Notes under the pieces: generated by a model
Database searches by the model: none
Told to the model about the DNA's origin: nothing
Seen by the model: the letters and a program-made list of their open reading frames with translations, nothing else
Source: Phoronis australis
Taxonomy: Eukaryota > Animalia > Phoronida
Length of the DNA: 64,000 nucleotides
NCBI GenBank assembly: GCA_002633005.1
Contig: NMRA01000124.1
Location: 324,724-388,723 of the forward strand
Direction: 5' to 3'
Position numbers and translations under genes: made by a program
In this document: one piece after another, positions 37,041 through 49,501 of the stretch
Position numbering within the stretch: position 1 is the first letter of the stretch
Layout: each line of letters starts with the position of its first letter

Positions 37041-39029
37041 AATCTATGTCCGAGCTGTGTCAGCTGTTGGAGAGTCTGAGAATTCTAACGTGTTGTTCGT
37101 ACATGCAGCCGTCGACAGAATGCAGTCAGATGCACGACATGACGAAGATGGCGATGGTGGTGGTGACGACAATGACGTGAATCGCGACCCTGACAGAGAC
37201 ATTGACACTTGCAAGGGCCAGACGTCTGGAGACTCGTCTTCGATCTTGAGGGCAGGTAGCATGTGGTTCAACAACAACAACAACAGCAGTGATCAGGCAG
37301 GAGAGGTCAAGAGGCCGGGTCAGGTCAGCGAACAAAGTCAATCTGTTGGTTATGAAAGCATAGAGACTTCAATATCGAAAGTCAAAGTAGATGGTAAGAC
37401 TCAGGAGGTTGTGTTGAAGGTGCCTAGTGTGTTGGATAGACTGGAGCAGAAGTTGAGTGATTATAAGTTGCATCAAACGGAGCAGCTCGAAACACGCTCT
37501 GTTGATTGGCTGATAAGAAAAGCAGACGACATGAACTCCAATGACTCATTGTCAGGAGAGCCGTTGAAGAACTTGCCACCTGGGGCTGAAAAATGTGCGA
37601 TCACATTGATAACTCGTGGTGAAGATGAAACTGATGGAAAACAGACAGACAAACAGACTGTCAACATTGTACACGGTGCAAACGGACAACTTGCAGGTTA
37701 TGATAATGGCAGCCATATGGACTCAGTGCTAAAAGAAGGAGATGAGAAATCTCAAAGTAATCGTCAGCAAAATTGTACAGAATATGTTGAAAATGCTGTG
37801 CCAAAAACAAAAAAGTGGTCCAATGTCCTGGCCGATTCTGACTCCAGCGACGACTTGGAAATTAACGGCAGTCCTCGGTCTAGAAGTTTTGACCCTAACC
37901 CTCACTCTCCACATCAAGATGAGAAGAGAGTCAGTATGGTGGACTGTGAGGAACCTGTTGTTCCCAAAGGGAAAAAGTGGTCTGGAATACTCGCAGATTC
38001 CGGCTCTGAGGAAGAAAGTCCTGTAGCCCATCGACCTGGGATTGCTAGCCATAAAGCAGGGAGCATAGTGAACAGTCCCGTCTCGAATCACGAAATGGGT
38101 GAACAGTCATCTAGACGTGGAGAGCCAATGGGGTTGCCTGGCTCAGTGCCACAAATTGGACAGGGGAAAAAATGGTCACATGTACTGACAGTGAATGACT
38201 CTATGGATCTGGACGATAGTGTTGCTATTAATTTGCCCAATCACGGAGAACCCGTTGTGCCAAAAATGAAGAAGTGGTCTCGGATTAGAACTGAGTCAGT
38301 TGACGATGGTCCCCAGGACGCATATTTTGGTGGCATAAGGTCGGCAAGTAGTGAGAGTACGACCAATCAGAAGCAAAATGCTGGTCAAGATGTGGCAGGG
38401 GCTGCAGTAAAGCCCTGTTCTCCTGTTCACGTGCATAGCGAGGCACTTGTTGACCCGGACATTGTGACCCCCGACCTGTCTGAGGCTGCTGTGCCCAATG
38501 AGAAGAAATGGTCAATGGTGCGTCCTACGTCGAACTCTGAAAGCGAAGATGTAGAACCCGCTCCTCCTGATCGACGTTTGAGGGGAAGCGGTGCTGTACG
38601 AAGCTGTGATGATGGACAAGGTGAAAAAATATTAGATGAAAAATCTTCTGACATGAAAACCCACAGTAGTTTTGACTGTAACATTGATGAAACTCTAAAG
38701 AGTCCGGTGTTCGACCATAGTTTTCATGAAGAAGCCGAAAAAGTTTTACAGTCATTGGGAGACCCAGTGACCGAGAGCGAAACTGATGGCGAGACTGACA
38801 AAGCATTTAATGATCACGTGCACTATGGAAATCATTGGCCTGATACTGACCTTGTTCCTGGGTTGAAGTTAGGGTCAACGGTCAATTACGGCTCCTCAGA
38901 TGGCGGCGGGGTGGATCTTGGGCGACAGCATTTAGAAAAGACTGCTCGGACAATGAATGGCGTGAATAGTTTGAGAAACTTGACCGACAAGGGCCGTAAT
39001 TCGAAAGATAGTGGAAAAGAAATCTCCAG
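37041..39029 (+). CDS. CEP97: CEP97 2-kb exon: end of FN3 then acidic disordered region with KKWS repeats
   Basis: IYVRAVSAVGESENSN completes the FN3 fold; 1989 nt open; ends at ag|gtaacc, or at in-frame TAA 39031-39033 if unspliced. Confidence 0.85.
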
Positions 39030-39308
39030 GTAACCCGATGCGTTTTTATCTGGACTCCATTGTTAGAAATTTATTCAAATGCAATTTTTTTGTTTTGAAT
39101 GAATTGTTGGCAAAAAAGTGCATTTAGCCAGTTCTCTACAAGTTTCCATGGTGAAGTTTATCCATGTGAATGTTATAAATTTTGCATCAGTGCAAGGCAT
39201 TATGTTGTTAATGGTAAGTACTGAAAATGTGCCTGTTCTGTTTATGTATGATTTACTAGAAATGTACTGCATCATAACAAAAAGTGGAGTCCGATTTTCA
39301 TCATTTAG

Positions 39309-39411
39309 AGCGTCCCCAAAAACCAAAACGTCACCGTTGTCTACCAGCATTCCCAAACTGAAGCGCATTCCACCCAGACGTCTGACTCTGAAGAAGAAAA
39401 CAAAGTCTGAG
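39309..39411 (+). CDS. CEP97: CEP97 exon (basic, TSIP motif)
   Basis: ASPKTKTSPLSTSIPKLKRIPPRRLTLKKKTKSE; phase 2-0 fits its neighbours. Confidence 0.65.
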
Positions 39412-40340
39412 GTTTGTGTATGAGAAACTAATGCCTGCTCCTAATTGTCTCTAAACTTTTCTAGAATTTTTGTTCACTTTGGGTTAGTGGCTTTGGTAAC
39501 AACATGTTTGAAGTACCGACAGAGACAGCAGAATAAGTGTGGTAGACTAAAGGGATGTTATCGGCAAGAAAAATGATTTTCTAAGATCATCCTCAGTATG
39601 GAATCGAACGTTCAACTCCCGCAGTTGCAGCCAAATGCTTTGCTGGTGGAGTTAAATACCACTTCGTGAACAGCAGACTATTTTAAGCATAATATGTAAT
39701 TGCTGAAGTCACCCACAGTCCGACAAGAGCGAGAATTGCCGATTTGTAATGAAATGATATCACAAATTAAAATGGATTTTGATGTTTTATTGAGCTGATC
39801 AAAGCTAATAATTTCTAGAGGTCTGTCCCATCCAACAATAATTTCCAAAATGTGTCTTTCGACTGTAAAACTGATAACGCCCCTTGAAAGCGAAAGAAAA
39901 AAGTTGTCAAGATTTCAATATTTAAGTGAACCGAAATAGAAGCTCAGTGCACTATTTTTGACCCTTAAGTAGAATTGGGATCAAGCCTTCACTTGTTTAA
40001 GCGAGTGTTCAGTGCTTTTAGGGCCCCTGCAATGCTAATTAGGTCAAACCGTTATGACAAACTTGAAACTGCAATCAATGAAATAAGCTAGGGCGATTCT
40101 TGCTGTTGAGACAATCTGTGTTTCTTTCGTGTGGACTTTTTATCGTTAGCTTGCCTTGTAAAAATCCTGAAAGTTGAGGGCTTCACCCACAACAATGAAA
40201 TAACATGTTATTGTATCAAAATCATGGTTTCCAAAGATGGTGCTGGATGGATCTTTAAACTGAACTAACCAATCTCACGATTGCATTGTCGATGTTTATT
40301 TTTGGAGAAATTGTGTTAAATTGTTTCCCATGTATTGCAG

Positions 40341-40397
40341 GAGAATCTCAGTGAACTTTCTGCAACAAGAAGTCTGAGGCAGAGAAGTTCTTCTGTG
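40341..40397 (+). CDS. CEP97: CEP97 exon
   Basis: ENLSELSATRSLRQRSSSV; ttgcag acceptor, gtaaga donor; phase 0-0. Confidence 0.65.
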
Positions 40398-43300
40398 GTA
40401 AGATGTCTTTCAGTTGATAAACTTGTGACTTAAGAATTTTGACTGTTGACGGTCACATTTTATGATTACCAGTAAATATGCTACTGCATCGTGCATTGAA
40501 AATCGTTAACTTATCACTGCCAGCACATTGTGGACTTAGACAACTTAATGTTACTCAAGACACGATTAAAAAATTTACCATCGTGTTGCACAGTTGAGTA
40601 AAATTAAACATTTCACACGATGGGATTCAACAATTTTTGCATCAAGTCCTAAGTGACGTTCAATAGTCTCGAGCCATTAGCCAGTGTGTGTGCATGTCGT
40701 ATTACAGTACAAGTACGCATAATTAAGTGATGCAGTAGTCTTCATCTTGTTGATGTTTGGATAAATCTGTATAAACTCTGACTTGCAGGCTAGTGGGAAA
40801 CAAATGAGTGCATATTTCGGACTACTTTTATGTGTAGAGAAATATCAGTAGCGATTGCGTGATGCAGTTTTCATTTAATAGAAATTTCAGCAAACAGGCA
40901 TTTTCTGTCGGCTGACATTCCACAAAAGTCAGCTTTCGTCAAATTTTAGCCGAAGTTCTCATTGGATGAGCTTTGTGTGACTAGCATGCTGCACCGTGCT
41001 GACTTATCAATCACCATTTGTTGTTTCCACATAGTTTGTGACCAACTAACCACCTACAGTATGTATAGGTAATATATCACACAGCACACGGCACTGTGTT
41101 TGTTCAGGCTGTGGGAACCACTCTCCGTAAGGAACCACAAAACGTCTTTCTTTCGCCCTGTCAGCTGCCACAGTGCAATACCTTCCGGAAACATAATCAT
41201 TTTGTTAAAGACTGATGTTAGCTAGACCAAAGAAACTGGCTTGGTTTTTACCATTTTTCACTGTTAGTAAAACTGATTTCTTCTTCCTGAGGGACATGAT
41301 TTTTGGCTAGCCACTCTCTGACAGTTTTTTAATGCTCGAGGTCATGGTTGGTGCATGAAATGTCACGCCGTGACAAGCCAACGTGTAGAGCCTGATCTCA
41401 AGTGCGTACGAGCTATCGGTTCATTCCACGCTCAGAAATGACTAAGGGCCCGGTTTGCAGAAGGCCGGTTTACAATACAAAGGACAAATTCAAAGGACAC
41501 CATTCCTGGAATCACTGACACGTTTTGTGGTTATGAAGCCACGTTGTTCCCACAGCCTGATGTTGGAAAGGTTTTTGAGGTATTTCAGCTCAACTTTATT
41601 GTATTGCTATGGTGCACATACAGAGGTGGAGATTTTTAATCGCAGCTATTTCGGATAAATTATGGTGGCAACTTTCCTGGAAAATTGTCCATTAGCCAAT
41701 CACGTCACACGAAATGTGAAAGTTTCCTTGAAACGTGCCACGCGATTGGTCACCAGACCGTAAAGTATACGGAAGCCAATTATCATTCACTTGATGTTCA
41801 AGTGCCAGATATTCCTATTAATTAACACCACTCTTTAGCCCACAAAGTGGGACAGAATATTTGTGGACAAAGAACTATAATTTTTTTAAATTCTAGCGTT
41901 GAATAATTGTGCTGATGCAACCACAGTAACTGTGGCTCATCCAAAGCAATGCGTAAATCTCTTCCTCGCTCTTGCACGCAGACGATTGGTATTTGATATC
42001 CTCTCTCCATTTGCGGTGTCCTGATCAAGTGCGATGATTGGAATGTGTTTTTGCTTTTCGTACATTGTAGCTTTTTCTATTTCACACACAATTTTGCATG
42101 TTTCTATCTGTTTGGTGCAGCCAAGTCCAGTAAACGTTATGGGCATATCCTTCAATTCTCCATGACCGGGATGGTTTTAGAAAAACAGTGTGGTACCATA
42201 ATTACATTCTGGCTCTTGTCGAAGGTGGCGTGAGAACAGTCAACAATGAATACCGCATGGTTAGCTCAAAATTTTCCTTGAATGGCTACATGTATCTTGC
42301 ATTTCTAGTAGCCAAATAAAAATTCGGTATTCTATCATCGAGGTGTTTGAATTTTCTCTCAACTGTTGCAACTAGTCCACTACTTTCACGAAACAAATTA
42401 ATATTATATTTTATCTATTCTGACACTAAACAGAGAATTACGACGAAGTAGGATACTCCAATTTGAGTCAACATTCAGCCTTATTAATGCAGCAAAATTT
42501 TGGGTTAGAGGGTAGGTTCTTCTTTTCACATTCAAACCCAGAGATTAGTGCGACGGTTTCCAGACTGTTGAATATTTGCAAAATGCTGAAACATAACTTT
42601 TACAGTGACGGTTTTGCTATTTTTGCGAGGTAAGTAGAGTTGAGGTGGTTGAAAAGTTGTATAATTTGCTGTAGGTGCTCAAGTCGTCATAGAAATATGA
42701 CTGACATGCTTTTGTCACAGATTGGTGTTGTCTGCACTGCACTAACTGCATGTTGAGTAGCTGAAGCACACGTACACTCTCACTGTCACGTAGCTCTAGC
42801 GTAGATTAGGATTTGCAGTTTCTCCGCATTCATCCGTAGTGTTGCCTGGTGGTACTTTTTTGGCAACAATCGGATATGACATGCCCACATCTTGAGATTC
42901 AGTCTTCTTCCCTTAATAATGAACTTCATCAAACTGGTTCTCAAAATTTAGGCGTGTGATGTTCGACTATTGCCTGTTTTTCTTCCAGTAGTTTCTCAAC
43001 AATTCACAAGTTTATGAGATTCTATGTACAGGCTGTTGTAGAAAACTAGCCTAGCTGCCAAGAGTCCCTATTTGAAAAATTGAGACATCTTGCAGCTAGG
43101 ATACCGCAAGGACAAAAGATCTGTCTTGACACCTAGAAACTTGCCGTGCTGATTTATGTCTTAATCTGTGCATATGAAATGGAAAGGGAAATGAGGTATG
43201 CAGTGTGGTATAGCATAAGAATATGCAGCCAAACAGTCATTCCGATGCTGTGGCGAGATGCAGGACAAAGCTTCAAACTGTGGGACGGTAGCGCCAAAAG

Positions 43301-45149
43301 TGGGACAGTTCGCAACTATGTGCATGTGCGCAGTTTCCCTAGATTTTTTTGTTAATATGTTAGTTTGTGTAAATTTGGCAACGCCGGAAGAAAAAGCATC
43401 ACCGGGCCACGCATGCGTTCCGTACATGTCACTGTCGGCATTGAGATTGCTAAGCCAACTTATGCTGCCAGTCCGCTCACTATGTGTCGTTCAGACTACA
43501 ATGCATTTGCCAAACCGCGCGTATCTCATGCCCATGGCTATGGTTTCTTCTCCATGAGGAAGATTTGCTTTTATTGTTTTATCAAAATGTATTGGAACAA
43601 TGCAGCATTAGGTATCCTGGCTGCATTCCGTTGCCCTAATACATTAACTATGCGCTTACGGTGAAAAGTCTTACCAGAAACTGTGACTTCTGACCCATAA
43701 TTTATGAATTCAGTCCATAATTCTACATTTAACCTTCCCTATCTGTCACTTCAATGGCGGCCAGTACGCTTGGTTATAAGGTCTTGAGCATTCTTGTAAA
43801 ACATTTGGTTTTTGCTGACAAGAAAACTGGTTCGTGGAATGCTTATCATACGTTAAGGTCATCAACCATCATTTACACAACCTGAAACCCACTGTGATAT
43901 GTTCCCAGAATTCCAAGTAATTGTGACAATGAAAACTGCCATAATTGCATTCTAGATCCTCATCTAAACTTCCGCTTTGCTTTCTTATTCATGCCAGAAG
44001 TGAGATTTCATACCTGTCCGGTCATTGAATTGTTTTGTTAAGTGTTTTGAAGTTGTATGCCCCTTTTCGTTTTACGACACTATGTCCCATGATTCAATTC
44101 AAACTTAATACCGAATTCATGTGGTCGGTATTGCGTATGCCAAGATGTATTAATCCTGCATTTCGTGTGTGCTAGGCAACTATTATTGATCTATGTCGTT
44201 TTGCATGCAATGGTTGTATTACGCACAGTCATGTACATGCCTGTATTTAGACCATGCGCCTATACCCAAAATTATGTGTTTTTCAAAGAACACTCGGCAA
44301 GTGCTCCACTTATAGGTGCGGGCAGGTATACCTTGCATGTGTGTTTGTCTTATACTGGGTGGTATTCATGCGTTCTTTGGTTTTATTAGTGTTTGAGTTT
44401 ATATATGTTCACATTTATCGTGTTATGACAGTTAAGTCGACTTGCATTAAACTATAGAAAAAGTTCTCCTCGGTTTTATACAGTTCTGTTTCACATACAG
44501 ATGCAATGGAGGGTCTCAATTGTTTCACTATATACGTTTTATATGGCACTGCACTACAGATAAACATCAGTTATAGTTCTGGGTAGAAATAGTTGACATT
44601 TTCTTTGAGACCATTCTAGGGGATTTGATGGTTGTGACAGCTGACCTTAAGTCTTTCATATTTGGAATTTCTTTTGGCAGAATTGGTGACGGAGGCGAAT
44701 AACATACTTATTAATTGGATAACATGTTTTTGTATGAACAGTAATCATCTAGAATTACACCCACCTTAAAAATTTGCTCTTATAATCACCCAACTCCAAT
44801 CTATTTGGTCGAGACTGCTTTGAAAGCATCAGTGCCTTTGTGAATGTCATATTTTGTCAATTTTAGTTCCACAATGTAAAAAAAAAATGGTTTACCTTTG
44901 ATTGTCGAGCAATTGAGAGTTTCAGCAGCACCTTGGCCTAATTCAGGTGGGAAAGTAACATGATAGTCTCTGACTCTCATATTGTTTTATTTGCCTCTTG
45001 TGTGATGGTCTAAGGTGTGTACTATACAGCTACACTCCCACACCAAATTTCTCAAATTTTTTATTTTTAAACACTTAATAACCCATGTTCAGTTTAACGC
45101 CCACCACTTTAATTTTGAGGCCCTAATCTAAGCGCCCTGGGCATTAATC

Positions 45150-45304
45150 CAGAGGGGCAGTGGTCTGCACTGTTCTGCATCAGTTGACCCAGAGGTGTGC
45201 GGTCTGTACTGTTCCGCACCAGTCGATCTAAAGGGGTGTCATTTGCACTGTTCTGCAACAGTTGACCAAAAGGAGTGTGGTGTGCACTGTTTTGCACCAG
45301 TAAC
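45150..45304. repeat. Minisatellite, 39-bp unit, 4 copies
   Basis: cagaggtgtgcggtctgtactgttccgcaccagtcgatc and variants. Confidence 0.85.
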
Positions 45305-45341
45305 AAATTATGATTGATAAGTTTCTTGCTTTCCTTGACAG

Positions 45342-45812
45342 GAACACCTTTCAAGTGTACAACTGATAACACCTCCTAAGTCGAGGATTCCTACATATGT
45401 CGCCGCTTCGTCCGAGGATGTGAGACACCTGCCTGCATTGCCCAGTAGCCCAGAGAAACATGGCAGCGTCACTCAGGGAATAGATGCTAAATCAACGACA
45501 AAGATTCCCATTAGGACAGTTTCTAACGAAGCACTTCATCGCACTGAATCGTCAAAACGACCATCGAGCCCCACGAAAATTCCCCAGAGTCCACTTATGT
45601 TGAGAAAGAATGCCAAGACAGCCATTTGCTCTGCAGGTGATGGAAATGGTAAACTTACAACTCTTAAAGAAGGGGGAACCCCTACCGCTGGACGTGACAA
45701 CACTGCAGTATCTGTGGATAGCTGCAGTGAATCTGGGGATGAAAGGAAAACTAAAACCCAAACGAGGGCAACGGATTTGCTGACAAAATTGCACGCTGCA
45801 CTCACAAAATAG
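45342..45812 (+). CDS. CEP97: CEP97 last coding exon (SxIP motifs)
   Basis: ttccttgacag acceptor; EHLSSVQLITPPKSRIPTY...TKIP...TKIP...LLTKLHAALTK-stop; AATAAA at 46391 and 47078. Confidence 0.75.
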   Translation, partial: EHLSSVQLITPPKSRIPTYVAASSEDVRHLPALPSSPEKHGSVTQGIDAKSTTKIPIRTVSNEALHRTESSKRPSSPTKIPQSPLMLRKNAKTAICSAGDGNGKLTTLKEGGTPTAGRDNTAVSVDSCSESGDERKTKTQTRATDLLTKLHAALTK

Positions 45813-48800
45813 GTGTATTTCCATAGCTTGCTTGCTAAGGATTTTTTTATTTTATATTAAGTTTGGTTATTTTTTGATTTGCATACTCGGTATCCTGCTT
45901 GAGATAAAGCATAGCTTTGCACAGAAGAATAATAGTGAACGCTTGCACCAGCTTAAACATGAACAACTGATTCTAATTGACAAAGTCTTTTGATTGGTTA
46001 ATTGGGCCAACTTCCTGAGAGATGAATTGTCTATCAGTGTGCTGCCATGACAACCTACATGTACCAATAACCAACAACCATCATGGGAATCTCACATTAT
46101 TCTGTAAAGCCTGCAGGGTGTATCGTGTGGAAAATGGTATATTGTTACCCTGTTTAGCCCAAAAGAAATCCCAGACAAGTAATACTTTTGTAAACGAGTG
46201 TCTTATGTTCGTAACATATGCTCATATGCCTACATATGAAATAGCGTGTTTGGAGAAATTCCTGGTTGCCATTTCATTTAGGTATTGGTGCTGTTGGTAT
46301 TAAGTCTTGGTGACGTCTTGTGAAGGCGTGTGTGAAACTAATTTTTAGGTGCAACTGTGCTACATCTGATTAAGGGTGCATTAACGGTGTAATAAACCCA
46401 CCCTTTTGTTAAAAACCAACATTTGATTGGCCCTTGAAAAATCAGTTGCATCTCGCTCCTAACTCAAGTTAGACGTGATTTCTGGGCTTGATAAGAGCCC
46501 ACTACAAGTCATCTGTGCAGCACATCTGGGCTGTTTCGTTGACCAAGACAATCTTGATAAAAGCTATAGTGAGCACATGCTTTGCATGGCATAATCACTC
46601 ACAAATATGCACGATTAGTCACCAAAGCAATATGGCCGTCAGTGAATTCCAAGCGATTTATTGTAACCAATTCCAGTTCAAAGCATAAAAAGGTGATGAC
46701 GATGCTTTAGAAGTGTGAATTTGCCTGTGAGGAAAGAAGTTTTTAGCAGAATGTGGTTAATGACAGCTTTAAACAACTGATTGAAGTTCTATTGACTTCA
46801 ACTTATGATAAGATTATGTTTGTTAAGTACATTCAAACATTTCTCGTAACCAGTATAATTGGGATTGTTTTGGCCCACAAAACGCGAGGTGTTAAGGAAG
46901 GGATTATCATTAAAAACAAATAATTTGTAGAAGCTGCTGTAAAAAGGAATGAAGGCACCAGATATTTGTCACTACCCGAACGCCATCTGTTGGGTCAGCT
47001 TGTGATGAATGTATGGTATGTCGTGCTGAAATGTTGGCTGTACTTGCACGAAATTTCGTCACGTGAATTATCTTTTCAATAAAAATTACTAGACAAGGGT
47101 TCACACCAACACATTTCTTCTTCTTGTACAGCGTAAAGGTGTAGTGATTGTGGCTACATGTCATTTTCAGTTTTTATTAGCATTCAGTACTCTATCTAAA
47201 TTTCTGGCATTTGGTTTTGTCCACCGAGTCTTGTGTATCTGCTTCATTATGAGTGAACTATTTGTGTTTCTGTGTGTGCGTTTTGTTATCTTCATACAGA
47301 GTTTTATTTATTTTTGCAGATGTGAGTGTATATTTTATAATAAAATGGGATAAAAATGAATCTAGTCTTTACCTTAATGCCGTATTAATTGAATTGACTA
47401 TAAATCCGACCTTCCGTCACAAGAAATTTTGATATAGACCATTTGTCAAAATAGATGAGATTTCTGCCTTGAAACAAAATGACAGTTGACAGTACAAGAT
47501 TACTCGTCAAGGTGTGTCATTTTATTTGCTACACATGGTCTCTAGGAATAATGTCAGCTCAAGCAAAAAAATGCCAACCTTATCTGTGTAAGTTAGCTGC
47601 AACTGGTCTAAATCAATTTTTATTTTGTTTGACCATAGATAATATAAAATAGAAATGTCTATGGTTTGACTGAATGTGAATGTATTATCAGTTTAACCAT
47701 ATCAAGCACGTCCTGTGTGTGACCATTCGAAGTATGAAATTTAAGTGGGCAGGTACTCGGTAAGTCTTACTTCCCAAAACGTAATAGCTTTTTCTCAAAG
47801 CAGAAAGGTTTAAAAGCAATGCCAATCACTAAATAATGTACTAGAACAAGACTGCACAAGAGTTAGGTAAGTGTTTTGAACTACGCAAGACAAAATTCTA
47901 GCAAATCGTTACTTGAATGTATAACAATTCATTAATTACATTAAGCACTGATTGTTAAACACATAGCTTAGCTATTTGAAAAAGAAAAGTTTCATACAAT
48001 TTCATAATTTATATTTACATATATTGTATAAATACTTGTAACCGAACTGGGGTGGATTCAGCAACACCATGGCCTCGTGAAATACTGCCAGTGAGACATA
48101 GCTTATTCAACCAAAAGAGTGAGCATTTGAACATTCACACAATGTTAAAACTTTTACAACCGCAACTCAAGTTGCTTAACCATTAGTGGTAGCCATTTTG
48201 TTAGTATTTGATTCATTTGGCAAGGTCACCTGGGCCAGTGACCATAAAATTTTTTTCAAAACTTGGTCTAAAAATAGACCAATGACTGGAAATTTACTCA
48301 AAGCATGGGATGCGATTGGTAAATTTTTGAAGCTAGTCTAGAGTAAAATTTTCAAGATACTCCTTTCTTGAAAAACCCTAGAATATAACATGCCCAAATT
48401 TTGTAAACTAGTTTTCTCCACTGAATAACGGGCATCAACGTGGTACTGAAAATGTGGGCACATCAAAAATCTCACACTGAGTGAGACTTGAGACCCACGA
48501 TTAGATTAGCAGTGGAAACATTTCAAAGACATAATGCTGGAAACCCTCGACACAACCAGATGCGTAAGTGCCTCGAACTTGGGTTGCCATGAAATGCTAA
48601 CATCGCTGCTAAAACAAACATTGAATTAAAATCAATCCCAAGACAGTGAAATCGATTTTGTGACTTCACTACAAACTAAATACATGTTAACATAAAAGAT
48701 ACAAAGATTCCTCAATAGCATACAAATCTGATATTGCTAAAAAATTTCAAGTCCAACAAATAAACAGGGCGAAGTCTCTTTGGTTGCAACCAAATCTTTA

Positions 48801-49467
48801 TTACACAGCATAATACAGCACCACCTGTTAGGGAAAACAGAACGTGCAGGTTTTTATGCAGTTTCATTCTTGGAGTGTCGTCTGATGAGACCTCGGTCAC
48901 ACCTGTCTCTCATAGCGAACAGCCTGGTCACTGCTCAGTGACGCCACTAAAAACCACTTCAGAACGCAGTCTCGAACCAGAAAGGTTTTCCAACTAATCA
49001 ATCCAGAGAACTTCCGATTCTCACCACTATTCAAAAACAGTCCTTTGGCAGACAACAGCATAACGAAACCAGACATCCCCATATCCATATTAAGTGTCAC
49101 GTAGCCACATAACCCATCTGTAAATGATGTCACGAGGCCTGTTTCATGAAGTGACTTAAGTCAGAAATTTGGTCATACGCTCCCCCTTCAGAGTTGTCAA
49201 ATAATAATAAAATGTTAAAATTTTATTGCATCACACTCTAGACATAATAATAGAACTTACCTCAGTAACTAACATTTATGTGTGTTGTCCCAGAGCCATT
49301 ACATTTTTGCTCGAGTGAGATTTAACTATTTTACGGAAATAGGTGTGCGGAGCGTAAAACCAAATTTATGACTTTAATAAGACACCTAAGATGAAACTGA
49401 CCTCACAGGTTCTTGATAGAAACCTTTAAATTGTCCACACTGTTCTCTACTATGTTGTTGTTGCTGT

Positions 49468-49501
49468 TTACTTGGCACGGTCTCTTTTCTGAAGATTTTG
49501 T
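49468..49501 (-). CDS. CCDC28: CCDC28 last coding exon (protein about 167 aa with one core exon)
   Basis: Splicing gives SVQNLQKRDRAK-stop, similar to SIQKLH. Confidence 0.75.

Noticed and set aside
39585-39665. tRNA-like sequence with B-box gttcgattcc on the minus strand
   Set aside because: No cloverleaf can be built; at most a decayed SINE head
46889-46900. Perfect U12 branch TTCCTTAAC on the minus strand as the CCDC28 3' splice site
   Set aside because: No AG or AC in a frame giving CCDC28-like sequence; the site at 49502 restores homology
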